Source of the DNA: Acidimicrobiales bacterium
Lineage (GTDB): Bacteria; Actinomycetota; Acidimicrobiia; Acidimicrobiales; CADCSY01
Direction of reading: 5' to 3'
DNA length: 64,000 bases
NCBI GenBank assembly: GCA_035512495.1
Contig: DATKDW010000039.1
Span: forward strand, 10,753-74,752
Shown: piece by piece, positions 1 through 9,760 of the stretch
Layout of the letters: each line of letters opens with the position of its first letter
Position numbering within the stretch: position 1 is the stretch's first letter
The notes under the pieces: model-generated
Told to the model about the DNA's origin: nothing
The model's input: only the letters and a program-made list of their open reading frames with translations
Database searches by the model: none
Program-made: the position numbers and the translations under genes

Positions 1-1
1 G

Positions 2-1102
2 GCCGTGCTCGAGGCGAGCCTCGACGGAGGTGAGTCCGGCGTGGGCCAGCGACGGGTCGGTGAAGGTGCACCAGGGGACCAGGGCGCTCGCCTTGCCGGT
101 GCCTGGGAAGAACATGTCGCGGATGGCGCGGACGGCCTGGTGCGCGGCGGCGTGGGTGAACCGGGCACGGCCGTTCACGTCGCCAGCTGCATAGACCGAC
201 GGCACGGTGGTGCGCATCCGGTCGTCGACGACCACACCGTGGGCCCCGATCCCCACCCCGAGCTCCTCGAGGCCGAGGCCCTCCACGTTGGGGGTGCGGC
301 CCACGGCGAGGAGGACCTCGTCGGCGGCGACCTGGCGAACGCCGAGCTGGCCGATCCACTGGACCGCCTTGCGCCCGGTGGTGTCGAGGGAGAGGCGGGC
401 CGCGTCGACGCCGAGCCGGACGTCGACCCCGTCGGCCCGCAGGATCGTGGTCATCCGGTCGGCGAGCTCGGGCTCCTCGCGGGCGAGCAGGCGATCGCCT
501 CGCTGCAGGATGGTGGTGTCCACGCCGAGGCGGGCCATCGCCTGGGCCATCTCGACGCCGACCGGCCCCCCACCCACCACCACCAGGGATGCGGGCGCTC
601 GGTCGAGCTCGAAGACGTCCTCGTTGGTCAGGTGGGCGACCTCGTCGAGGCCATCGATCGGCGGGGTCGCGGGACGGCTCCCCGTGCACACCAGGACGAA
701 ACGGGTCCGGAGCCTGCGCTCGCCGACGGTGACCTCGTGGGGGCCGGTGACGGTGGCCTCCCCCTTGATGACCTCCACCCCCAGTCGCGCGAAGCGGGCG
801 GGGTCGTCGTCGGTGGCGGCGATCTCGGCTCGCACGGCCCGGACCCGCGACCACACTGCCGCGGTGTCGATCTCGGGGTCGAGCACGGGCAGGCCCCAGC
901 GGTGCCCGGTGCGCATGGTGTGGGCGGCACGGCTGGCGGCGAGGAGGGCCTTGGAGGGGACGCAGCCGGTCCAGAGGCAGTCGCCACCGGCCCGGTCGCG
1001 CTCGACGATGGCCACCCTGAGGGGGAGGGTGGCGGCGAACTCGGCAGCGGGCATCCCGGCCGACCCCATGCCGACGATCACGAGGTCGTATCGTGGGGCC
1101 AT
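2..1102 (-). CDS. Class-I pyridine nucleotide-disulfide oxidoreductase (Lpd/MerA/mycothione-reductase-like), 3' end off-window
   Basis: Absent from the ORF track because it runs off the left edge. The reverse complement from 1102 reads MAPRYDLVIVGMGSAGMPAAEFAATLPLRVAIVERDRAGGDCLWTGCVPSKALL. This shows a Rossmann GxGxxG and the redox-active CxxxxC motif. The + ORF 5..1156 is its antisense shadow. Confidence 0.8.
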   Translation of the reverse strand, partial: MAPRYDLVIVGMGSAGMPAAEFAATLPLRVAIVERDRAGGDCLWTGCVPSKALLAASRAAHTMRTGHRWGLPVLDPEIDTAAVWSRVRAVRAEIAATDDDPARFARLGVEVIKGEATVTGPHEVTVGERRLRTRFVLVCTGSRPATPPIDGLDEVAHLTNEDVFELDRAPASLVVVGGGPVGVEMAQAMARLGVDTTILQRGDRLLAREEPELADRMTTILRADGVDVRLGVDAARLSLDTTGRKAVQWIGQLGVRQVAADEVLLAVGRTPNVEGLGLEELGVGIGAHGVVVDDRMRTTVPSVYAAGDVNGRARFTHAAAHQAVRAIRDMFFPGTGKASALVPWCTFTDPSLAHAGLTSVEARLEHG

Positions 1103-1189
1103 CGCGACGATGCTAGGGACACCACCACTCGATGCGTGCGACGCCGGGCACCGTGAGTGCTGCGCGGCGACGCCGGGTAGGGCCAGGCG

Positions 1190-1405
1190 ATGACCGACCC
1201 CCGTCTCGAGGACCACGCCGTGGGTGTGGAGCTGCAGCTCACCGACCTCGTCGAGAAGCGCGAGCGGGCGTTGGTGCAGGGCCGCCGGGAGCGGGCGGCC
1301 ATGCTCACCGAGGAGATCGAGTCGCTCCAGCTGGAGCTGGCGAGGACCGCCGAGCAGATCGCCGACGAGCACTTCGACCGCCCCGAGATCCAGCGCGAGG
1401 CCTGA
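1190..1405 (+). CDS. Small hypothetical coiled-coil protein (71 aa)
   Basis: ATG ORF with a balanced, non-shadow composition (LTDLVEKRERALVQ...EEIESLQLELARTAEQIADEHF). No family recognised. Confidence 0.4.
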   Translation: MTDPRLEDHAVGVELQLTDLVEKRERALVQGRRERAAMLTEEIESLQLELARTAEQIADEHFDRPEIQREA

Positions 1406-1454
1406 CCGGGCCGAGGTGGACGGCAGCGGCGACGGCACTCGGTAGGTTGGGGCC

Positions 1455-1712
1455 ATGGCCACCGCGACCCCGTCCCCGACGCCCAACCCCGACGCCATGA
1501 AGTACACGCTCGACACCACCCTGCCCGAGATGATCAACGTCTCGACGCCGGAGGCAGCGGCCCCGTACCCCTTCGCTGCGGCCATCCTGGCGGGCGGGGG
1601 AGTGGCGTCGGTCTTCGCCACGGCAGACTTCGTGACGGTCACGCGGCGTCCCGGCGCCGACTGGGAGTCGATCACCCCCGCCGTCCAGGCTGCCGCTGCC
1701 GAGCACCTCTAG
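1455..1712 (+). CDS. Nfu/NifU N-terminal domain protein
   Basis: TPSPTPNPDAMKYTLDTTL matches the characteristic TPNPNALKF start of the Nfu_N scaffold domain. The size (85 aa) fits. Confidence 0.7.
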   Translation: MATATPSPTPNPDAMKYTLDTTLPEMINVSTPEAAAPYPFAAAILAGGGVASVFATADFVTVTRRPGADWESITPAVQAAAAEHL

Positions 1713-1721
1713 CTCACGAGG

Positions 1722-2399
1722 TCACGCCGGGACGGCGTCGAGGAACTCCAGGGCGGCGTCGATGAACCCGAAGTCCTTCGGGGTGGCGAAGTGCTCCACG
1801 TTGCGCAGGACCACGAGTCGGGCATCGGGCAGGGCCGCGACCAGGCGGTCGGGGGGGCCGGCGAAGTCCTTGTCGCCGAGCACGACGAGCACCGGGCAGG
1901 TGATGCGCCCCAGGTCGGCCTCGGTGAGCGGCTCCTCGGGCCGGCGCAGGCAGGCGGCGAGGGCGACGGGGTCGTTCCCCGAGCCGGCGGCGTACTGCAC
2001 GAACAGGTGGGCGATGCCTCCCGCCCCGCCATCGCCGGTCTCGACCGCCCGGGCGAGGGGCTCGGCGTCGTGGTCACGGAAGAGGTTCTCGCCGACGCCG
2101 GCGACCACGAGTCGCTCGAAGCGGGCGGGTTCGCGGGCGGCGAGGCCGAGCAGGACGCGCGCCCCGAGGCTGAACCCGATGGCATCGAGCGGTCCCGAGG
2201 GCAGGGCTGCGCCGAGGTGGCCCTCGAGGTTGGCGTAGGCGGCCGGGTCGTGGGGGCGCTCTGCCGTCCCGTGGCCGAGCAGGTCGACGGGCACGACCTC
2301 GCGGCCGGCCTCGGCGAGGAGGTCGGCCCAGCCGGGTTCCCGCCAGTTGCGCTCGAAGGAGGATGCGAAGCCGTGGACCAGGGCGACCGGGTTGCTCAT
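1722..2399 (-). CDS. Alpha/beta hydrolase
   Basis: C-terminal 225 aa of track ORF 1722..3131, starting at ATG 2399 (MSNPVALVHGFASS...). It has an HG oxyanion motif, a GFSLGA nucleophile elbow and a late NVEH histidine. The upstream part of the track ORF overlaps arfB and is Arg/Pro shadow. Confidence 0.8.
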   Translation of the reverse strand: MSNPVALVHGFASSFERNWREPGWADLLAEAGREVVPVDLLGHGTAERPHDPAAYANLEGHLGAALPSGPLDAIGFSLGARVLLGLAAREPARFERLVVAGVGENLFRDHDAEPLARAVETGDGGAGGIAHLFVQYAAGSGNDPVALAACLRRPEEPLTEADLGRITCPVLVVLGDKDFAGPPDRLVAALPDARLVVLRNVEHFATPKDFGFIDAALEFLDAVPA

Positions 2400-2439
2400 G
2401 GCCCGGGAACGTAGCGGAGGGCTCCGGTACGGTCGGAGC

Positions 2440-2856
2440 GTGGCTGACCCCGACCGCCTCGTCGTGAACCGGTCGTGCACCATCCCCCTCTCGGAGCTGG
2501 CGTTCCGCTTCACGCGCAGCGGCGGGCCCGGGGGCCAGCACGCGAACACCTCTGACACCCGTGTCGAGGTGATCTTCGACATCACCGCCTCGTCGTCGCT
2601 CGGCCCCCGCCAGCGGGAACGGCTCCTGGAGCGTCTCGGACCGGTGGTGGTGGCAGCCGCGTCCGACGAGCGGTCGCAGGCACGGAACCGCTCGCTGGCC
2701 CTCGAGCGCTTGTCGGCCCGGCTCGCCGAGGGTCTGCGGGTGGTGCCCGCCCGTCGTGCGACCAAGCCCTCCCGGGCGGCCAAGCGCCGGCGGGTCGAGG
2801 CCAAGCGGAAGCACTCGGAGAAGAAGGATCGCCGACGGCCCCCGAGTGAGTGGTAG
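2440..2856 (+). CDS. arfB: Alternative ribosome-rescue factor ArfB (peptidyl-tRNA hydrolase, GGQ)
   Basis: SGGPGGQHANTSDTRVE GGQ motif plus a basic C-terminal tail (KPSRAAKRRRVEAKRKHSEKKDRRR), about 138 aa. GTG at 2440 is chosen because the upstream TTG 2347 would overlap the divergent hydrolase. Confidence 0.85.
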   Translation: MADPDRLVVNRSCTIPLSELAFRFTRSGGPGGQHANTSDTRVEVIFDITASSSLGPRQRERLLERLGPVVVAAASDERSQARNRSLALERLSARLAEGLRVVPARRATKPSRAAKRRRVEAKRKHSEKKDRRRPPSEW

Positions 2857-3104
2857 CCACCGGTTTGGCCGGTGTGGGCGGCGCAGTCTGGCATCGTGGC
2901 GGGGTGACCGAGGATGTTCCCGACCGACTCAGCTTCACCTGTCCCCGCTGTCAGCAGGACGTCTCCGAGCGCTTCTACGGCCCCTGCGGCACCTGCCGGT
3001 CCGCCCTCGCGGCCACGCTCGGGGGAGTGGCCCGGGATGTCGAGGTCGCCGAGTACGAGCCGAAGGTGAACGTCACGCCGAACCAGATCGCCAGCAAGGA
3101 CTGA
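2850..3104 (+). CDS. Small zinc-ribbon-like protein (CPRC...CGTC)
   Basis: Track ORF with two CxxC pairs ([10 protein letters not shown]...YGPCGTCRS). GTG 2850 overlaps the arfB stop. An alternative GTG start lies at 2904. Confidence 0.4.
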   Translation: MVATGLAGVGGAVWHRGGVTEDVPDRLSFTCPRCQQDVSERFYGPCGTCRSALAATLGGVARDVEVAEYEPKVNVTPNQIASKD

Positions 3105-3105
3105 T

Positions 3106-4065
3106 GTGGGCGCCGGAGCGAGACGGGGCACTGCAGCCTCGACCTACGCCGACTTCAGCGCGGCGGAGTGGAGCGCCCTGCGAGCCGCCACGCCGCTCAC
3201 CCTCGACGAGCAGGATCTCTCCGACCTCCAGGGCGTCAACGAGCACGTGTCCCTCGACGAGGTGGCCGAGGTCTACCTGCCGCTCTCGCGGCTGCTCAAC
3301 CTCCACGTGGTGGCGACGCAGGGCCTGGCCACCGTCAGCGACACCTTCCTCGGACGTCCCGCAGCGAAGGCGCCCTACGTCATCGCGGTCGCCGGCAGCG
3401 TCGCGGTCGGCAAGAGCACCACGGCCCGCATCCTGCAGGCCCTGCTGGCTCGCTGGCCCGACCACCCGCGCGTCGACCTCGTCACCACCGATGGCTTCCT
3501 CCACCCGAACGCGGTCCTCGAGGAGCGCGGCCTCATGGCCCGCAAGGGCTTCCCGGAGAGCTACGACCAACGACGCCTCGTGGAGTTCATGGCGGCTCTC
3601 AAGTCCGGTGCCGAGAAGGTCACTGCGCCCGTCTACTCACACATCGCTTACGACATCGTCCCGGGCGAGGAGCAGGTCGTCCGCCGGGCCGACGTGGTGA
3701 TCGTAGAAGGGCTCAACGTCCTGCAGACCGGTGGCACGGGAGGGGGACGGCCCCCTTCGGTCTTCGTCTCCGACTTCTTCGACTTCTCGATCTACGTCGA
3801 CGCCCTCGAGCAGGACGTCGAGCAGTGGTACGTGGAACGCTTCCTCACGCTCCGGGCGACGGTCTTCACCGACCCCGACTCGTACTTCCACCGCTTTGCC
3901 GCCCTCAGCGACGAGGAGGCGGTGGCGACCGCCCGTGGGATCTGGCGCGAGATCAACGGGGCGAACCTGCGAGAGAACATCGCGCCGACGCGCGAGCGCG
4001 CTCACCTCATCCTGGAGAAGGGGTGCGACCACGCGGTCCGAGGAGTGCGCCTCCGTCGTCGGTAG
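3106..4065 (+). CDS. coaA: Type I pantothenate kinase
   Basis: End-to-end similarity to E. coli CoaA: [20 protein letters not shown]-loop, [30 protein letters not shown]. Confidence 0.93.
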   Translation: MGAGARRGTAASTYADFSAAEWSALRAATPLTLDEQDLSDLQGVNEHVSLDEVAEVYLPLSRLLNLHVVATQGLATVSDTFLGRPAAKAPYVIAVAGSVAVGKSTTARILQALLARWPDHPRVDLVTTDGFLHPNAVLEERGLMARKGFPESYDQRRLVEFMAALKSGAEKVTAPVYSHIAYDIVPGEEQVVRRADVVIVEGLNVLQTGGTGGGRPPSVFVSDFFDFSIYVDALEQDVEQWYVERFLTLRATVFTDPDSYFHRFAALSDEEAVATARGIWREINGANLRENIAPTRERAHLILEKGCDHAVRGVRLRRR

Positions 4066-4069
4066 GGGC

Positions 4070-7000
4070 TCAGCCGAAGTGGCGCCGGCGTCTCGCCCAA
4101 GCGACCAGGACGTCGGTGAGGAGGAGGAGCAAGGCAAGCCAGGCGAGGATGTGGGCGGTCTCGAAGAACGAGGGCCAGCCGAAGTCCGGCGGGTAGGCGT
4201 TGCGGGCCTGCTTGACGACGACATAGGCCCCGGCGGCGCCGATCAAGCCGACCGAGCCGAGAGCCATGGCCGCTCTGCCCCGCCGGACCAGCAGCGCGAG
4301 GAGGGCGAGGACGGCGACCAGCGGCCCTGCCCACGGGCGCAGGAGCAGGGCGGCGATGGCGCCTGCCGCCACCGCCACCGCTGCGGTGACGGTGACGTCG
4401 GGACGCCCCCCTGCGCCGGTGAGCGGTGAGTCCAACCACGGCTGCCAGGGCAGGGAGGTGTCCTCGTCGGGGATGAGATCGCCTCGGCGGCGGTCGAGCA
4501 CAGCGAGGGCGAGGCACAGCAGGACACCAAGTGCCGAGAGGGCGAGGGCAAGCCAGACCCATCGCTGCGGGGTCCAGCGCAGGGCGATGCTGAGCGTGTC
4601 GGCGTCTCCGGGCTCGACCCACCAGCCGTTGGCGTAGCCGTCGAGGATCCGTGGGGACCCGAGGTCACCGAGGCCGTCGGCCGAGGCCGCCCACCCGTCG
4701 TTGTGGCTCTGGCCGAGCACGAGCCAGAACGGGCCATCGATGGCGCTCACGTCGAGGTCGACGCTGCTGCGTCCCTGCCCGGTGACCTCGAGGACGGGCG
4801 AGGCGGTCGTGACCCCCGGGGTCGGGACATCGGCGGTGAGGACCAGTCGATCGAGGTCGATCCCCGTCGAACGTCCGTCGGCGGCGCGCAGCACCTGCTC
4901 ACCCGACGGAAGGTCCATGCCGCCGCTGATCGCTCCGCAGCCGCTCACCTGCAGGCCCTGCCTGCCGGTCCGGTTGCCGAGGGAGCCCGTGACACGCAGT
5001 GAGACGGGCTCGCCGTCGATGGTCGCAAGATCGGTGCGGCAGCCGGAGTCGACCTGGTCGGGCGTCGGGGGCATCCGCACCGGCAGGCTGATGTTGGCGA
5101 TCCCCACCGGCAGGGTGTGGGGGAAGTCAGAGAACGAGTCGGTCCCGGTGACCACGCGGACCTCCTCCACGACGAGGCGAACCGTCGTGGCCCGGACGGG
5201 CGGGAGGTCGAGCCGGGTGGTCGCCGTTGCCCCCTCGGTGGCCACGTCGTCCTGGTGGGCGACGTCGACCGTTGCGACCTCGCGCCCGTCGGCCACCACG
5301 CGGACTCGGGTGGGCACCGAGTGGCGGCCGTCGCGGACGACGGTGAGGTCGACGCCGTCAAGGTCCATCGGGGCGCCGGACTCGAGCTCGACCCACCGGC
5401 CGACCTGCTCGCCCACGGGCGGTCGCCAGACGGTCGAGGGGTCACCGTCGAAGGCTGACGCTGCCCGGGCGCCGATGTTGCCGACGATGCGGTCCGACGA
5501 CCGGGCGGCGGGGAGGCCCTCGTGGCCCAGCGCGGCATCGATGACGGCGTCGGGTGCTCGGGCCGACAACCGTGCCTGTCCGGTGAGCTCGAAGCGTCGG
5601 GGAGTGGGGAGCTCGAAGGCCCGGCTGAGCGCCACCTCCTCGTCGCTGCGGTAGAGCTCGCGCGGATCGGAGCGCGCTCGTGCCAGGAGGATCGTCAGGG
5701 GCTGGTCGGCGGACGCCTCGCCGGTGGTGGACAGCAGCGAGCGGGGGAGGCGCACGACCTCGTCGACGCGGATCCCGGCGACGTCGACCTCGGCGAAGCC
5801 CGCCGAGCTGAGGCCGTCGACCTCCACGCCGCGGTGGCTGTCGTCGACGACGATGACCTCGAGGGTGGTGAAGGTGCGCGACGCCCCGAGGGGGATCACC
5901 TGGCCGCCTTCGGTCCTCGACGCCTCGGTGAGGACGAACCGTCCCACGGGCTCGCCGTCGAGACGGAGCTCTACCTCGGTGATCCAGCGATTGCGGGCGC
6001 CGGTGAGGGTCTGGGTGAGACCCACCCGGTCGGTGGTGACGGGTGACTCCGCCTCCACGAGCAGTCGTTCGCCGATGACGTCGCCGAACGCTCCGGTGCG
6101 CCACGCCGTGGTGGGATTGCCGTCGAAGGCGTAGGCGGGGCGGTCCTCGGCGTTGTAGCTGATGTGGTTGCCGTAGCTCGAGGCCTGAACGCGCCGGACC
6201 CCGCGCTGCTCGACGACCGTCCGGGTGTCGTCGCCGGCGCCGGGGAACAGCAGGAGCCTCTGGTCGACGTCGGTGGCCTCGAGCGCGACCTCGCCGGTCT
6301 GCTCGGTGACGCCGACGTTCTCGCGCACCGTGTTCCAGCGACGTGCTCGCCGCCGGTTCGAGTCGGTCAGCACCAGCGTCGCGCCCCGATCGAGCATCGC
6401 GGCGCGGAGGTCTTCGGCATCGAGCAGGTCGGCGTCGTACAGCAGCGCCCCGGGTCCATCGAGGAGGCCGGCGGCAGCTGCCTCCACCACGCCCTCACCA
6501 TCGCCGGCGAGGATGATCGGGCGGCCGGCGGGCGCGACGCGGACGATGGGGCGGGGGTCCTTCACGGGAAAGATCGTCACGGGCGCGGGGTGGGGCGCAC
6601 CGGGGGGCGTGGCGAGGGTGATCTCGTCGACGAGGGGGATCGAGCGGACGGCGTCGTTCGGCGCCGGCGGGCCGAAGGTCACCGGCTCGGCCAGCCCCGT
6701 CGGGGTCGGCGTGAGCTCGGCCCGCAAGGCCCGGGGGCGAGGCGTCCGGTAGCGCTCGAACTGCAGGTCCGACCGCAAGAGCACGTCGCCGGCGCCGAGG
6801 AGGCGAGCCATCGGCGCCAGAGCGGCCGGGTCGAGGATGCCCTCCTGGAAGCGCCGGTCGAGGGCCATGAGGAGATCGGCCGACGGGGGTGAGCCGTAGG
6901 GGATCAGCTCCCGGGCCACCATGGGCCGGTCCATCAGACCGGGGAGCACGGGGTCGACGGTGTTGCCCCACCGGTACGAGGCGAAGTCGATCCCGGGGAC

Positions 7001-8422
7001 GACCAGGACCCGGGTGGCGTCACCGCGCTCGTCGAGCCAGGTGGCGGCCTCGTGCCAATGGGTGGGGATCTCCTCGGGACGCTCGAGGTTCTCCCCGATC
7101 ATGTCGCCCGTCCAGAGTGGGGGCAGCCCAGCGACCGCCAGGAGGACGGCGGCGAGCGTGGCGGGCAGCGCCAGGGGCGGCGAGCGCCGGGCCAGGGCGG
7201 AGATGCCGGCGGCCACCAGGACGGCGAGGGCGAGGGCGACGAGGGGGACCGCCCGAGGCGTGCTGCGGAGCGCCAGGCCCGCGGTCGATGAGGTCGCCAG
7301 GTCCGTGAACAGGGCGCCGAGCGGCGACGGGCCGTCGTAGGGGAAGGCCCCGACCGCCACGGCGGTGCCCACGGCGAGGAGGGTGACGAAGTAGGCGCGG
7401 TGCCGCCACCGGATGCCCACGCCAGCGGTGAAGGCGACCACGGGCACCGCGAACCCGATGGCGATGAGCCACAGCTCTTGGGTGTAGCTCCGTGCCGGCT
7501 CGATCCATGGCCCGAGGAGGTCGCCGCCGTAGAAGAACCAGTAGCCGAGCCCGCGGAGCACCTCCGAGGCCAGCGAGGTGCGGGCCACGGTCTCGACCGT
7601 CTCGGTGAATCGGAGGATGTCGATGCCGTAGGCGCCCTGGGCGGCCAGTCCGGCGATCCACCAGAGCGAGCACGCCAGGCTGAGGACGCCGATGCGCCCG
7701 GCGGCCCGGACGACCGTCGGACCGGTGATCTCCCGGTTCGACGCCATGGCGAACGGGAGCCACAGCAACGGCCCGATCCCCGCCATCACCAGGGCGGTGG
7801 CGTTGACTCCGCCGACGGTGGCCACCACCAGGGCGAAGAGGGCGGGGTGGCGCCACGTGCGCCGACGGACGGCGCGCTCGGTCAGGCCGATGAGCCAGGG
7901 GAGGGCAGCCCAGGGGAGCAGGATCACCGAGATGCGGGCCCCGTAGTGGAGGACGTACGGGCTGAGCATGTAGAGCGTCGCCGCCGCCAACATCCCCGGG
8001 CCGCGCCAGCGGAAGCTGCGAAGGAGGTAGAGCACCCCGGCGCCGGCCGCGAACATGACGGTGGCGAGCCAGAGGCGTTGGGAGACCCAGTCGGGTGACC
8101 CGAGGCGCTCGAAGACCCAGTACCAGGGCCCCATGGGCCAGAGGTAGCCGATGTTCTGGTGGGTCACGGTGCCGAGGCCGATGCTGGGGTCCCACATAGA
8201 CGCCGCTCGGGAGAGGAGGCGACCCGGGTCGAGGTAGAGGTAGGTCTTGGTGTCGGCCGCCACTCGTCCCGGCGAGGTGAGCACCAGGGGGACGTAGGCC
8301 ATGGCCACCAGCAGCAGGTGTCGCCCGACGGACGTTCGCCGGCGTCGGCGGGCCGCGACGATCCCCTCGTCGCTCTGGTCTCTGGGCGCGCGCCGTCGCC
8401 TGGGCCAGCGGGGACGCTTCAT
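4070..8422 (-). CDS. AftD-like alpha-(1->3)-arabinofuranosyltransferase homologue (giant GT-C, DUF3367-type) with discoidin/CBM-like modules
   Basis: 1450 aa. The N-terminal polytopic domain begins DTKTYLYLDPGRLL...WDPSIGLGTVTHQNIGYLWP, as in mycobacterial AftD. The central soluble part has two F5/8-type-C-like segments (FDGNPTTAWRTG..., FDGDPSTVWRPP...). TM helices close the C terminus. ATG 8422 overlaps the GT4 stop (ATGA). Confidence 0.9.
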   Translation of the reverse strand: MKRPRWPRRRRAPRDQSDEGIVAARRRRRTSVGRHLLLVAMAYVPLVLTSPGRVAADTKTYLYLDPGRLLSRAASMWDPSIGLGTVTHQNIGYLWPMGPWYWVFERLGSPDWVSQRLWLATVMFAAGAGVLYLLRSFRWRGPGMLAAATLYMLSPYVLHYGARISVILLPWAALPWLIGLTERAVRRRTWRHPALFALVVATVGGVNATALVMAGIGPLLWLPFAMASNREITGPTVVRAAGRIGVLSLACSLWWIAGLAAQGAYGIDILRFTETVETVARTSLASEVLRGLGYWFFYGGDLLGPWIEPARSYTQELWLIAIGFAVPVVAFTAGVGIRWRHRAYFVTLLAVGTAVAVGAFPYDGPSPLGALFTDLATSSTAGLALRSTPRAVPLVALALAVLVAAGISALARRSPPLALPATLAAVLLAVAGLPPLWTGDMIGENLERPEEIPTHWHEAATWLDERGDATRVLVVPGIDFASYRWGNTVDPVLPGLMDRPMVARELIPYGSPPSADLLMALDRRFQEGILDPAALAPMARLLGAGDVLLRSDLQFERYRTPRPRALRAELTPTPTGLAEPVTFGPPAPNDAVRSIPLVDEITLATPPGAPHPAPVTIFPVKDPRPIVRVAPAGRPIILAGDGEGVVEAAAAGLLDGPGALLYDADLLDAEDLRAAMLDRGATLVLTDSNRRRARRWNTVRENVGVTEQTGEVALEATDVDQRLLLFPGAGDDTRTVVEQRGVRRVQASSYGNHISYNAEDRPAYAFDGNPTTAWRTGAFGDVIGERLLVEAESPVTTDRVGLTQTLTGARNRWITEVELRLDGEPVGRFVLTEASRTEGGQVIPLGASRTFTTLEVIVVDDSHRGVEVDGLSSAGFAEVDVAGIRVDEVVRLPRSLLSTTGEASADQPLTILLARARSDPRELYRSDEEVALSRAFELPTPRRFELTGQARLSARAPDAVIDAALGHEGLPAARSSDRIVGNIGARAASAFDGDPSTVWRPPVGEQVGRWVELESGAPMDLDGVDLTVVRDGRHSVPTRVRVVADGREVATVDVAHQDDVATEGATATTRLDLPPVRATTVRLVVEEVRVVTGTDSFSDFPHTLPVGIANISLPVRMPPTPDQVDSGCRTDLATIDGEPVSLRVTGSLGNRTGRQGLQVSGCGAISGGMDLPSGEQVLRAADGRSTGIDLDRLVLTADVPTPGVTTASPVLEVTGQGRSSVDLDVSAIDGPFWLVLGQSHNDGWAASADGLGDLGSPRILDGYANGWWVEPGDADTLSIALRWTPQRWVWLALALSALGVLLCLALAVLDRRRGDLIPDEDTSLPWQPWLDSPLTGAGGRPDVTVTAAVAVAAGAIAALLLRPWAGPLVAVLALLALLVRRGRAAMALGSVGLIGAAGAYVVVKQARNAYPPDFGWPSFFETAHILAWLALLLLLTDVLVAWARRRRHFG

Positions 8423-9597
8423 CGACGCCGGCGTCGGTTCGCCTCGTCGGCCAGCGCCTGGAGGGTGCCGAGGGCGGTGGCCTCCCAGGTGAGGGGCGCG
8501 GCGTGGGCGCGGGCCCCCTCGGAGAGCCGGGCGCGCAGGGTGTCGTCGGAGAGGACCCGGTCGAGGCCGGAGACCAAACCGTCACGCCCGTCGACCAGCA
8601 GCCCGCTGCGGTCGGCGACGACGGCGTCGGCGTGACCGTTGATGTCGGTGACCACTGCCGGTGTGCCGCAGGCGGCCGCCTCGGTGATGGTCATTCCCCA
8701 TCCCTCGCGGGCCGACGCGCTGGTGAGCACCCAGGCGCGCCGGTAGAGCGAGATCAGCTCCTCCAACGGCAGGCGACCGGGCAGGTGCAGCCAGGAGCCG
8801 GCGTCGTGGGCGGCGATTCGCCGCTCGAGGTCGATGCGCTCGTAGCCCTCCCCGACGATGACCGCCTCGAGAGCGGGCTGGCGGGCCTTGAGCTCGACCA
8901 GGGCCTCGATCAGCAGGTCGTAGCGCTTCACCGGCACCAGCCTGCCGGCGGCGACCACCAACGGGTGCGGAGACCGCGCCTCGTCGCCCATCGTGAAGGC
9001 AGGCTCGACGCCCGGCGGGACCACGGTGACGCGGTCGTCGTGGTACCCGAGGTCGTCGACCAGCTCGCGCTTGGAGGACTCGGACAGCGTCACGATCCGC
9101 GACCGCCGGTACAGCAGCGGAGCGATGCGGCATTCGATGGTGTCGCCGATCGCCGCCAGCCTGGGTGGGAGGACCATCTGCCACATCTCGGCGTGCACGT
9201 GGTGCAGGAAGACGATCCGGGGCCCCCTCGCCCAGAGCGGGGAGAAGAAGGGCATGCCGTTCCAGATCTCGACCAGGCCGTCGGCCTTCCCGTAGCGCCC
9301 GACGGCCTCGGTGATGGCGGCGCGGGGGAAGACCATGTAGCGACCGGCCTTGCGGACCACGTCGTAGCCGTCCCGGCGCACACGGGGTGGGTGGCCCTGG
9401 GCGTAGGAGGTGCGGAGGAGCACCTCGATCCCGGCTTCGGCCCACAGCCGCGAGACGGTCGCGGCGTGGACCTCGGAGCCGCCCGCCTCCACGTCGTCGA
9501 GGTCGCGCCACGACACGAGGTGGATGCGGCGGAGCCCGGCGGACGCGGCGATGTCGCCGAGCTTGGCGATGTTGGACGCGTGATCGGAGGAGGTCAC
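8419..9597 (-). CDS. GT4-family glycosyltransferase (GT-B, retaining)
   Basis: The C-terminal half carries the GT4 signature EGWGMTITEAAACGTPAVVTD...G.LV. GTG start at 9597. A 4-nt overlap couples it to the AftD-like gene. Confidence 0.9.
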   Translation of the reverse strand: MTSSDHASNIAKLGDIAASAGLRRIHLVSWRDLDDVEAGGSEVHAATVSRLWAEAGIEVLLRTSYAQGHPPRVRRDGYDVVRKAGRYMVFPRAAITEAVGRYGKADGLVEIWNGMPFFSPLWARGPRIVFLHHVHAEMWQMVLPPRLAAIGDTIECRIAPLLYRRSRIVTLSESSKRELVDDLGYHDDRVTVVPPGVEPAFTMGDEARSPHPLVVAAGRLVPVKRYDLLIEALVELKARQPALEAVIVGEGYERIDLERRIAAHDAGSWLHLPGRLPLEELISLYRRAWVLTSASAREGWGMTITEAAACGTPAVVTDINGHADAVVADRSGLLVDGRDGLVSGLDRVLSDDTLRARLSEGARAHAAPLTWEATALGTLQALADEANRRRRR

Positions 9598-9760
9598 GCC
9601 GAGGGCTCGGTGGTCACGGAGGCGGGCTCGTCAGGATCGGGGACGGGTCGCCGGGCGTCGTGGACGCCAGCGGAGGGCGAACGGCAGCGATCTATCCTAG
9701 GTCACCCCCCTGCCGACGGCCCGACATCGACGACCGTCCGACCTACCCCGAGGCCGCCCA

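Noticed and set aside
5-1156. 383-aa plus-strand ORF covering the left edge of the window
   Set aside because: It has an Arg/Gly/Asp/His-rich shadow composition. The opposite strand encodes an unmistakable flavoprotein disulfide reductase N terminus (GxGxxG + GGDCLWTGCVPSK).
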